Shown here in pieces: positions 1 through 11,376 of a stretch of DNA of 64,000 nucleotides. The notes under the pieces were generated by a model. That model did not search any database, had not been told where the DNA came from, and worked only from the letters and a program-made list of their open reading frames with translations. Source of the DNA: Azolla caroliniana (taxonomy: Eukaryota > Plantae > Polypodiophyta); the NCBI GenBank assembly GCA_043228905.1, contig JBHGNT010000021.1:9672001-9736000 (forward strand), written 5' to 3'. Made by a program: the position numbers and the translations under genes. How positions within the stretch are numbered: position 1 is the first letter of the stretch; every line of letters starts with the position of its first letter.

Positions 1-16
1 ACCAACATACGTAGAT

Positions 17-457
17 TGTTATTCCTTAGGGCCGGATAATGGCCTAACACAGGGTGTCTACGGAAGACACTTCACCAAAGGGGTGTTATGACGAGATAAC
101 TTAAGACTCAACGATTAATCCGACTTTAATTGGTTACTTAGCAATATGGCATTAACTTGATACACGCGTATGATAGAACAATTAGCACAGAACGACAATC
201 AACATTTAAAGATAAACAAGAAGCTCTATTAATTATCCGTCAAAGTTTTACATTGTAACCGGGCCTTTATATAGGTCACCGGTGCTGAGTACAAAACGGT
301 GCCAACCGGCACCTGTTCGGAACCGGTCCAGATCCGGATCGGCATACCGATTCCGGTTCGTCTGTTCACGTCTCATAAACTACTTAATTATAATCTACTT
401 CGAATAAACAATCCCTTTCACATTCTGGTCTTTAACTCCTTTGTCGGCCGGGTAACA
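17..457 (-). repeat. 3' LTR of gypsy element (441 bp)
   Basis: Near-identical to 9599-10036; TATA-like CCTATATAAAGG on minus strand near 264-275. Confidence 0.95.
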
Positions 458-459
458 CA

Positions 460-476
460 TGGCACGCCCGTGGGAC
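460..476 (+). other. PBS-like sequence TGGCACGCCCGTGGGAC (tRNA-Arg type) at the position where the PPT is expected
   Basis: Starts with TGG 2 nt from the LTR; resembles the Tat/Retand-type PBS TGGCACGCCC(A/G)GTGGGAC (recalled) lacking one base; no purine run on the sense strand here. Confidence 0.75.
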
Positions 477-540
477 AGTACCTTGTACGTCGAAACCCAC
501 TATCCGGCCCTTAGACTTCGTCCAAGATATCCAGAATACT

Positions 541-3495
541 CTACTCTAGGGTTTCCAATGGTTCTTCGGAAATCTGTCGTTGCTGCTGTTGTGGCTGTTG
601 TTGCTGTTGTGGCTGCTGCTGTTGTGACTCCGGCTCCTCCGACTGTTGCTCCTTAGATGGCGTCTGTTCGGCTCCCGGTACTGGCGGTTGTGGTGGTGAT
701 TCCTCCATTAGCTGCTCAGCTAGATTTGACTCTGGTTGACTCGCCCCAGCCTTGTCTCCGTCCGGTCCTTGCCCCGGTGATGGCTCCTCATCGCTCAGGT
801 TAACGGTCGCCGCCTGCTTTGCGTCTTCTTTCCGTAACCTGGTCCGCTCATAGCTTTCAAACTGGATTTGAGCATCCTGTTGATCATCGTCCAGCTATGC
901 TAGTAGTTGCCGGACCACTACTGATTGTTCCTCCGCCAAAGTCTTTTGCTAACTCATCTCTTATGGTGGTGAAGTCCTCATTTGTTAGCATGTAGCAGTC
1001 GTCGCCATCCTTCTGCCAGTTTTCCGCGTCCGCCCTTAGCAATTGGAGCTCGGCTGTGCACTTTGCCCATTTGTCCCACCATTGCGAGGAGGTTTCATCA
1101 ATCAAGCATTTTGTCTTGTTCCTCCATACCTGGACAATGAACTGGATCCGCTCAAGCCCCATCTTCGATTTGTCCTCCGCGGCTTGCCGTTCTTCCTTCA
1201 ATTGCTTGATCAGCGTCACCCTGTCTGCCTCCTGCTCCCAGTAATGTGACAATTGGTTTTGGTATGTGGTCTGCAACCTCTGCAATACCATTGTCGCTCT
1301 TTCCTTTTCTTCATAATGTTGCTTATGGAGCTCCATAAGTTACCGCGCGGATTCCTCTAGTAGCGTTGTTCTTTCAGCCCGTCCTTCCGCTAGCGCTGTC
1401 TCGGCTCGATGAACTTCCTGCCGGAGCTCGGCCATCTTCTCCTGCTGCTTCTTATGCTCCGTATCCAGGTGCTTATAGTCCCGGTGTAGGTGCTCAAAAT
1501 CATCGGTCTTCAGCTTCAGCTTCTGGTTGAGTTGCCGGCGAGCGCGGTCTTCCCGATCTTTCTGTTGACGGAGTTCTTCCTTAAGTCTTTCAATCTCCGT
1601 TTCCGCCATCCGTCACAGCTTATCCTTTTCTTGCAACACTTTCTCTTTCTCCTCCTGAAGCCAGTCATATGCCTGATGTCCGTTCCGTAGATTCTCTTCT
1701 GCCCGGCAGAGGTTCTTCTTCTGCCGCTTTCTTCAAGTCCCTTTCTCGGGTGCGTAATGCTTCTTGTGCGGCCAATTCTTATTTCAAATCGGCAAGCTCT
1801 TTTGCTTGCGCCGCCACTGTCTCCGGGACTGGTTCCTTCTTCGGGGTCTTATTACTATGTATAGGTGTTGGTGTGTCTTTATTCTGTACATCTACTGGAG
1901 TCATCGATGCTTGGATCTGTGGTTTAGTTAAGGCCATTTTGGCCAATTCTTCTGTGGCCAGGTCCAAGTGTTGTTCTAGACTCCGGATCCTCGACCGGGC
2001 CGTCTCTAGTTCTCCGGTTGTGACTAGCAACCGGTCCATCTACGCTTTCTCTTCCTCCTCTATGTAGTGCACCACTCCATCAATCTGTTCTCCAATCCAC
2101 CGGAGCCATTGGCTGCCGGTACCTTGTTGTTGCGTCTGCACGGAGGGTTGGCCGTTGGTTCCGCTAGCCGGTGATTGGTCTTGTCCGGTTGCGTCGAGCT
2201 GCAACTCTGTCTCTGGTTGGTGACCACTTTGCCATTCTGGTTCTGGTTACACCTCCGTTGGCCGCTCCGCCTCTGATTGCTGTTGACTTGGCGGTGCGGA
2301 AGGCAACTATACTATTGGCGCTTGACTTTAGGGTCTTGCCGTATCCTGACCCGTCAGTATAGCTTGTTGTGTAGGGAGCTCTGTGACCGGTTTTGTCAGA
2401 ACCGGTTCTGGTTCCACCCTCGATGCGGGATGCTCAGTGCGGGGTAGAGGTGTTCCATCCTTCTTTGGGTCCGAACGCTCCCCAACCTGTTCTGAGGTGC
2501 TTGCCTTCTAGCCGCTAGAGGTGCTTTAATGGTTCCTCCTCCGCTTCCTCCTCCTAAGCCCCGATGTTGATTTTTGCTGCCAAGGGGTCCGTCTCTTGTT
2601 GAACCGGTCAGTGAAGTCTGATCTTGATTGGCCGTGCTGGTGTCTCCTCTTGCATTTCCATCTGCCGCTTCTAACTGGCGCGCTCTTTTGCCGCCTTGTC
2701 CGTGTCGGTTGTCTTCCATTTGGGTGCCTTAGAAGCCAACAACTGCTGCCATTTCGAAGCCGTTTTCGGGGTGCCTTTGGTCGTTCTCCCCCGCTTCGTG
2801 GTCTTGGTGGGCTCGATAGGTGGCGCCAATAGGGTGAGCCATTGTGCCACTGCAGTCCATATTTTCTGACCCTCCTTGCCTCTTATAGAGTCAATGGCTG
2901 CACAGAGGCTGTCCGCAATTAGTATTGGCCAGTCCACCTTCACGCCTTCATACGTTGCTTTGATTAAGCCGGCCCGGTTCTAAGGCATGCACGGGGGTCG
3001 AGGGTATACATGTCCAAATTCATGGAGCACACGGGCAATCTCCCGAAATAATGTATCTTCGTCGCCCTGTGTCCTGTAAGCCTTGTTGGCCAGAGAGTAT
3101 TCGCCAAAATATATTCGGAGCTGCTCCGGGGTAGGGTTGTTGATAGTGAAGATGCCTCCCTCCGAAAGACCGATCAAAGCATGGATGGCCTTCTTCGTGA
3201 TCAGTTCTGTGTCGATCTCTTTTACTATCTTCTATGCCTCCCGGTGCGGTGGCGCCTCCATGATCGTGAGGAACCCTTCTAACCCGTGTTGCCTTAGCCA
3301 CTTCTTGGCTGCTTCAGAGAGTGCTTGGCAGTCCATGGCTTCTTCGAGGTCGGTGAGCGCTGGTGAGGGATGTGTGTGAGGAGGCTCTGTGTGCGTGGGT
3401 TCGCGTCTGATAATCTTCAATCGCCTGTCAGCGTTTGTGCTCCTCTGTTCGTGAAATGTGAAGACCTCTATGCGGTGGGGGTTTTCTTGCTGCAT
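541..3495 (-). pseudogene. Extra ORF downstream of integrase: globular N-terminus, basic linker, long coiled coil, acidic/poly-Q tail
   Basis: Fragments 3232-3495, 2980-3177, 2671-2943 share one frame; 1779-2039, 1340-1609 and 884-1336 follow via frameshifts; manual translation ends ...QQQQPQQQQQPQQQQRQISEEPLETLE* at 541. Confidence 0.8.
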
Positions 3496-3721
3496 GTTGG
3501 CGCCTGTTTTCCTTACCCGCGCGTGTGCACGTTGTGTACTAAAATAGAATGTCGTGCCATGTGGCGGCGGTTTAATACCCTATTAATAGCGCACTACGTA
3601 CCTTTTCAAAGTGCCTGTTCACTCAGGCTTGTTCTTGCATGTGTCCGTTCACACCTCGCCCTTGCATGATTTACTTTGATTTGATTTTTATTTATTTATT
3701 TATTTTAATAAAACTGTTTGG

Positions 3722-6700
3722 TTAATTCGCATCCGGTCCCACCAGACCCCTATCCGAATTGTGGGACTTGCCGGCCGCTGGATTGCTTTCCGTCGCGTCG
3801 TTCTTGCCGTTTGCCTGCTCGTGCTCCCTTTTACCGTCTTCGCGCTTGCCGATTGCCACATGTGTTGCCGTCTCTTCTAACTTACCGGTGTCCAGTTCTG
3901 TGTCGGTCTTTACTTGTTCAAATGGGTTTCTTGGCATGGGTCCATTGTTACATGGTTTGAGTCGGAACCCATTGACCCATTTACCCAGAACCTCGCCGGC
4001 GAGTGTCCCTAAATGGTAGGAACCGTTGAACTCAAGCGTGATCCAGTATGGTCCGGTCCACCGAAACCGTAGCTTCCCCGACATCTTACCCATCTGGGTC
4101 TGGAATACTAGTACTGGCTTACCAATTCCGAACATCTTTTCGTTCCCTTTTCGGTGACGATCCACGAACGCTTTCCTTCGCCGCTGCTGAAGTTCTAGGT
4201 GCATGATGCTGGCTAGCCGATGTTCTTCCACTTTGCACAGTGCGGCTAACTGGATCACTTCCGATTCCTTCTCATTTAGGCGTTCCTGAATCTGTATTCA
4301 TAAACTCGATACCTGAACCTCGACCGGCATCACTGCCTCCAATCCGAATGCTAGGCGAAACGGTGTTGTGCGGATACTTGTCTTATATGCCGTTCGATAG
4401 GCCCAAAGTGCATTGTGTAGCTTTGTATCCCAATCCATCCGGTTCTCATTGATGATTTTTCGAAGGATGTTCTGTAGTGTTTTATTTGTTGACTCGGCTA
4501 ATCCGTTAGCTTGCGGATAATAGGGAGTGCTCCGTTTGTGCACCACCGCATAGAATGTTGTCAAACTTTCCACTACTTGCCCTAAGAAGTGCCCACCTTG
4601 GTCACTTATTAGCTCTATCGGACATCCATACCGGCACTAGATGTATTCATATAAAAAATTTGTCATGGATGCTGCAGTGTTGTCGCGTAGTGCTTTGGCT
4701 TCCACCCATTTTGTGCAATAATTTGTAGCGACAATCACGTACCGGTTGCCGGTTCTCATTGTTGGTGGTTTGAATGGACCGACAAAATCCAACCCCCATT
4801 TCTAAAATGGTTCTAACAGTAGCATGGGCTGGTGAGGCATCCTGGCTTGTTCGGTTGGTTGGCCCATTCGCTGACATAGGTCGCATTCTGTAGTGTACCG
4901 GACTGCATCCTTCAATGTTGTCGGCCACCATAGTCCACTCTGCCATATTTTCCTTGCCGTAGCATCTCTGGCATAATGTCCTCCAGCCACTCCGCAGTGT
5001 ACTTCGCGCAATATTATTTCCTTTTCGTCACTGCGCACTGCACACCGCCATATGCCATCTACGCCTATGTGGTATAGTGTGTCCTGTAATAGACAGAAGT
5101 GTCGGCTTTGAACCGCTAAGCGTTTCCTTTCGTCTCTGTTCATCTCCTCCGGAGGTAAACTGGTGTTCAGAAATTGGTGCATGTTGGTGAGCCACTTGTC
5201 TTCCTCTGCGACCGTACCATCCGTTGCCGTTTCTGCTGTGACTCTAAACAGCTCTGCATCCGGAAAGTCGTCTAGGACGCCGTCACCGGTTTCGCTGGAA
5301 TCTAACCGGCTCAAATAGTCTACTACTGCATGTTGTATGCCGGGTCGGTGGAATATCTCGAACTCAAATTCTTGTAATAGTAACGTCCACCGGGCCAGGT
5401 TACCGGTGAGTGATGCTTTGGACACCAAGTAGAGGAGCACCGAATGATCTACGTGAAAGGAAACTTTCCTTCCCAACAAATAGTGTCTAAACTTGGTGAC
5501 ACTGTAGATCATACCCAAGGCCTCCCTTTCCGTTGTGGAATAATTACGTTCTGCTTGGGACAGCTTCCGACTGGCATAATACACTGGTCGGTACCACTTC
5601 GGTTCTATAAGTTGCATAAGCGCGCTCCCGATTGCGATGTCGGATGCGTCAACGAACACATGGAACTCTTTAGACCAATCCGGAGGTTGCACCACCGACG
5701 CTTGTGACAACGGTACTTTTAGTGCTCGGTAAGCCTGGTCTTCTGTGTTCGTCCATTGGAATGGTGTCCGATGTACCACGGCATGCAATGGTTTGGCTAT
5801 GCGACCGAATTTGTCCTAAGAATCGGCTTAATGCCTTTGCCGTGGTTGGTGCCGGTGCCTCCAAAATAGCTTTGACCTTGTCCGGATCCACTACAATACC
5901 GTCCTTGCTCACGATGTGGCCAAGTAACGCTCCGCTGGCCACTCCGAACACGCATTTTGCCGGGTTCAGGCTTAGTTGGTAAACCCTACATTTCTCCAAA
6001 CATAGTCGGAGGTGCTGAAGGTGATCCCCTTTCCGGCGATAAACAACGAAGTCGTCCAAGAACACCTGCATGAATGCCGGAATGAATTCTTCGAAAATCT
6101 CCATGATGATTCGCTGGAAGGTTGCCGGCGCTGTTTTCAGTCCGAACATCATCACTATGACAACAAACACTCCCCATTTGGTGACAAAAGCGGTTTTCTC
6201 CTAGTCATCAGGCAGCATCCGGATCTGATTATAGCCGCTGAAACCGTCCAGAAAACTGTACACCTCATGACCGGCGACCGCATCCAGGACTCCATCCGTG
6301 AATGGAAGTGGGAAGGCGTCCGTTACCGTAGCCGCATTCCATTTCCGGTAGTCGACGCAAACTCTTATCTTATCAATCTTTTTCGGTACTACGGCTATCA
6401 GACCGAGCCATGTGGCTTTATTTACCGTTCGGATGAAGCCAACCCTTAGCAACTTGTCGATTTCTTCTTTGACTTTTGCTACGTAATCCGGGTTCATCCG
6501 GTAACACCGTTGCGGCACTGGTTTGGCGTCTTTACTTAGATGTATCTGGTGTTGATACAACTGAGGATCGAGTCCCCGCATGTCCTCATAGGACTAGGCG
6601 AACACATCGCAAAATTCTTTTAGGACTGTGATCAATTCCGTTTTGTTCTCCGGGGTCATTTCCTTGGTGATGTGAACCGGTCTTGTGTCCTCTGTGGTAC

Positions 6701-6770
6701 CTAGGTTTACCTCTTCTAATTGGGATGCTTTTACATGCTGCGACACCGCCATTTCTCTTTCCAGTGCATC
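3722..6770 (-). pseudogene. Gypsy pol (RT, RNase H, integrase), disrupted
   Basis: RVCVDYRK, FLDGFSGYNQI, FGLKTAPATFQR, FLDDF, VDASDIAIG, NYSTTEREAL, HCGVAGGH..CDLCQ, YYPQANGLAESTNK, WTGPY. Confidence 0.95.
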
Positions 6771-9543
6771 CTATGCTTGCCGTAACTCCCGAATCTCTTC
6801 TTTATTCGGTTCCTCGTCGGTCCCGTCCGGTTGCAGCATGTACGGTGATACTGCTTCGGTTACATCAATTTCGAACAGCAGTATGATCTTCGGATTTTCC
6901 TGTAAGTATTGATCGACCTCTTCGTCCGCCAATCCTTCCAGCATGTTGACACATTCTGCATATAGCTTCATCAATTCCTTGCCGGCACTGGACCGTGGTT
7001 GAGTCGGTACTCGCACTTTCGCTTTTCCACGCCGGAATGTAATTATATTCTTCCTCCAGTTTTGGTTGATGTGTGTTGTTTCTAACCAAGGGCGTCCCAA
7101 CAATAGTGGGTAAGCTCCCTGAGCCTGTAGCTGGAGAACTATTGCAGAAATGCGAAATGTGTGACCCCCGATGGTCACTTCCAGATCACGTATTAATCCG
7201 GTTGGCTGTATTGAGCTTGTGTCCGCCATCCGAAGCCAAAACGGGCATGGTTCCCAGTCATGGATTCCTAGAGTGTTACACGTTTGAAGGCTGATCACGT
7301 TCACGCTGGATCCTCCATCGATAATCGTGCCGGGTAGCTCTTTTCCTTTCCCGATGGCTATGATTGCCGGACTGCTTGTGTCCACCACTGCCGATCCTTC
7401 CTCCGGATTTGAAAAGAATGCGGGAGTCGGTGGCGTGTTGGCTACCGTCCTTCCTGTCTTCAGTCCTTCCGTGAAGCGTGGTACCAGTTGCAATAGCCGG
7501 CCTAACGACAACGTTATTTGGCATTCTTGTAACACTTGCCATGTTGGGTTTTCGGGCTGCCCCAGGCCGGTGATCTCTTCGGCATTCTCCTTTTGTTGTT
7601 CGAGCTCTGCCGCATTCCGCTTGTTTGCCTTCTTCACCCATTCGGTGGCCTGCTTCCGGATGGCTTCTTGAGTTTCCCACTCCATGGCTTTGCCTTTTGA
7701 TCTTGTAGTGACTTGTTGTAAGTTCGCAACTTCCACGTTTGCCATGCTCACTGCTGGTCGCTTGTCGTAGCTCTTCGCCGTACATTGGTTACTATACTGG
7801 CCTTCTTGCCGGCAATAATAGTAGTACGCCTTCCGGGTGTTGCTGGATTCCGCGTTTGTGCCCACCCCCGGTTGAGATCTTGTGGTAAGTGCTTGGTTTT
7901 GGTCTGGTTGGCTGCTTGGAGCGCCCTTTTCCGGTTCCCGTGGATGACCCCCCTTTTTGTTGAAATGACGTTTCTTGTTGAAATTCTTTTTGTTTCGGTA
8001 ACCTTGACGAGGCTGGTCGTCATACTTGCCATAGTCGTCCCGTCGTTGGTTGTAACCAGAGGAGTGATCCCGGTTGTATCTCTCGTACCGTCCATTATAG
8101 TCCTGGTATCTATTTTGTCTATCATACTGGTCATAAGCGTCTCTTCGATTGCTATACCACATCTTGTGCCGGCTGGTAGCGCTCCTCTCGCCGCCAACGT
8201 TCTTCTTCTTCCTCCTGGTTGCTTCATGGTTCAATTTGCTGGACCAGTGGTGCTTGCCGATTTAACAAGTTATACTCACACCGTTCCATTGTGTGACATC
8301 TGGAGTGGTAGAGCAAGCATTGGGAACACATGGTGCATTCCAGCGCCGAATGTCTGGCATTCAGGCATGTCGTACATTGAATTGCTTACCGGAAACAGAG
8401 GTCATCATCTGTCGGTAGTGCATGCTGAAGTGCGCGCATGGTTAGCCATGAACTTGAATTTTCCATTTCCTGAACTCGGTCGATCATTTGATCTATGCTG
8501 CTGGTGCGGAAATCAATGACATTGCACACCGTTCGTAAGGGTTCCCGGAGTGCTGCTAAGAATATGGCCTTTGTTTCTTCCTCCGGTGGTGTCCGGCTGA
8601 GCTGACTGTGGATCCGTTGGAACCGGATGACAAAATGTTGAATGTTCTCCGTTCGTTCTTGCCAGATACTGTAAAATAAGCCTACCATTTCCCGTTGTTC
8701 CATCTCCTTGTGAAAGAAATGCAAGAATTTTGTCTTTAATGTTTCAAACGTGGGGATGGTGTTGGGATCTTGTGTTCGGGGCCATCTGGCGACCGGTCCC
8801 TCCAGGGTCATGCCGAACTCTGCCCTTTTTGAGCGTTCCTCTTCGGCCGCATTTAAGCGTTGCGACACATGGTTTGCCTCCCAGGTCTGCTGAAACGCAT
8901 GGACGTGAGCTTCCGCGTCCGGATCATCCCAGTATCTGGAATATTGGAATGGCATATCGTCGTCTGGTGTCGGTACGCGGGTTGGTGGTGTCGGTGGTTT
9001 TTCTTCCTCCTCTGTCGGCGTCAGAGGTCTTTCCCGGTCCTCTGTCGCCGTCAGAGGTCTTTCTTGCCCTTCTTTCGGTGTCAGAGGTCTCTCTTCCTTG
9101 ACTTCTGGTTCCGGAGTGTGCTGGACTTCTGGTGCTGGAGTTTCCAGGCTTGTCAATTCTGGTTCTGGTGTCGGCAAGGTATCCGACTCCTCGTCCTCCG
9201 GTCCGTTTGGGGTGTCGTTACTTCTACGGTAGTTCGTATGCGCGTTGTATTCCCCTTCCCAATCCGATTCAAAAGCCAAAAATGCTTCGGATTCGCCTTC
9301 GCCCACTACCAATGCCTGGAGAAGGGATTCCGCTTCCCAAAGGCAGCTTGGGCTGCTTCCTTCGTCCGGGTAGTTGTTTTGTGGTAACCGAAGTGACTCC
9401 TTGGCCACTCTCCGGATCACCTTGGAAAATGAGCGATCCGCTCTGATTTCTTCTACCGCTTGTTGGAAAGCCTCTCGCTTCCTCAGCCGTTCAGCAAGTC
9501 TCCTTGCTCGCTCTGTAACCTGGTCGTTTGTTGGTCTAGTCAT
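6771..9543 (-). pseudogene. Gypsy gag and aspartic protease, frameshifted
   Basis: Capsid-like region in ORF 8386-9543, degenerate zinc knuckle YYYCRQEGQYSNQC, protease IIDGGSSVN and LLLGRPWL in ORF 6771-8234. Confidence 0.9.
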
Positions 9544-9581
9544 CCATTCTCGCTGATGTTCGCTGCGATTGTGCAGGAATC

Positions 9582-9591
9582 GTGGTCGCCA
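9582..9591 (-). other. Primer binding site TGGCGACCAC (tRNA-Arg-like)
   Basis: 7 nt downstream of the 5' LTR (CAGTTTT spacer), ~40 nt upstream of the gag ATG; 10-nt complement to a plant tRNA-Arg 3' end (recalled). Confidence 0.7.
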
Positions 9592-9598
9592 AAAACTG

Positions 9599-10036
9599 TG
9601 TTATTCCTTAGGGCCGGAGAATGGCCTAACACAGGGTGTCTACGGAAGACATTTCACCAAAGGGGTGTTACGGCGAAATAACTTAAGACTCAATGATTAA
9701 TCCGACGTTAATTGGTTACTTAGCAATATGGCATTAACTTGATACACGCGTATGATAGAACAATTAGCACAAAACGACAATCAACATTTAAAGATAAACA
9801 AGAAGCTCTATTAATTATCCGTCAAAGTTTTACATTGTAACCGGGCCTTTATATAGGTCACCGGTGCTGAGTACAAAACGGTGCCAACCGGCACTTGTTC
9901 GGAACTAGTCCGAATCCAGATTAGCATACCGATTCTAGTTTGTCCGTTCACGTCTCATAAACTAAATTATAATCTACTCCAAATAAACGATCCCTTTCAC
10001 ATTCTAGTCTTTAACTCCTTTGTCGGCCGGGTAACA
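9599..10036 (-). repeat. 5' LTR of gypsy element (438 bp)
   Basis: Direct repeat of 17-457 with scattered substitutions and a small indel. Confidence 0.95.
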
Positions 10037-10960
10037 TAGATAGCAAACCACAGTTGATTTTTTGTTCTCTCTAGTAGTATTGTCCAATTGAATGTAGAGA
10101 ACAAGGGGGAACGACTGGCCCCAAGACATCAAAACTCGGTGAATTACTGTAATTGTTAGGTTAGGGTCATTGTGAACATTGGGGTATGTAATGAAGACAT
10201 TAGGTTCAACTGACCTATTATAAGCCAAGCATCCCACCAAGTGCATTTGAACAAGGCACTCATCATTGATGTCTTTGGGGAGCACATCTTCTTCTAGTTC
10301 ATGCCATCGATCATTAAGCACATGTATTGTTCGGGCCTCTTCAAACACTTCTCTCTATGATGCATCGCCTTCTTTCGTTCTCATGATTGTGCCTCATGAT
10401 GCTCCTGTAGTAACTTCTTACTCATATCCTTTTCCATTGTTGTCTTCACACGTTTAGCCAAACTTTTACTGTTCGCACAAATTGAGCAATACCCCATGCG
10501 TACTTTATGCGGGAATAATAACATTTGAAAACAATGTTCTTCAGAATATTGTGAATTGGCTGTATATGACATATTTATCACTTGATAATAACATTTCTGA
10601 TCGATTGACATAATAAACTTCCCAACGTGTGTAATTATTAGAGAGGTGCATCTTGCTTGTAGTGGGCATTACTTCACAATTTAACTGAAAGTAAATTTTC
10701 ATCCAACCAATAACATGCTTCCAATTGCACCTTTCATACTTGGAACCTCTTTACAATTGATAGTCTGATCCCCACTAAGAAGACGTTGTTGTACTCTATG
10801 TAGCCGCATGAACTAATACACATCACAATTTTGAATGCAACTTTTACATATTTGTTGTGCAGGGAAGATATAATACTCGAATGATACTTTGATCCCCGAA
10901 GAGTTGTCAGACACCAATTGCATATGTGAGACAAGGTAAGTGTCTTGCTCATCACCAGTC
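10037..10960 (-). pseudogene. Sola-like (DUF7869-type) DDE DNA transposase remnant, split by the gypsy insertion
   Basis: HNDPNLTITVIHRVL...LYIQLDNTTRENK; removing the gypsy element joins ...VVCYL to RML(V) encoded at 1-11. Upstream limit approximate. Confidence 0.65.
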
Positions 10961-11014
10961 ATCGAAAAATAGTCACACCTTAATTCTCACAACTTTGCTT
11001 TTCCAATCATTGAC

Positions 11015-11342
11015 TGTTGAGATACAAGCTCAACATTGGCTGGATCGGCTGTGCAAGCCGAGAACCGGATCGGTTGGGACCGATCGATTAGGCCGGACCG
11101 GTGCGTAAACCGGTGCGCAAACCGGTGCGCAACAAGAGGCCATAGCGGTGCGTAAACCGCAAGGCCATTGGAAAGATATTCCGCATAGGAATATATTTTG
11201 GGAGTTATTGTAGAGCTCATTTATGAGCATTGAAGTATGTGTCAGTGCTTCTGTCAGTCCGTATGGACTTGTATAAAAGTGGTCATTGAGCACATCGTAT
11301 GTAAAGATTGAGTATTATTATTTTCAAGAGAGTTGTGTGCAT

Positions 11343-11376
<34 letters not shown>

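Larger units (their letters stand above)
17..10036 (-). mobile_element. Full-length degenerate Ty3/gypsy LTR retrotransposon, Athila-like non-chromovirus, gag-PR-RT-RH-INT plus extra ORF
   Basis: Direct repeats 17-457 and 9599-10036 (TGTTA...TAACA); TSD TAGAT at 12-16 and 10037-10041; domain order RT-RH-INT on minus strand; no chromodomain or additional RNase H seen. Confidence 0.95.

Noticed and set aside
459-656. Hydrophobic ORF (VVAAVVAVVAVV) resembling a membrane peptide
   Set aside because: Antisense reading of the poly-Q tail of the gypsy extra ORF.
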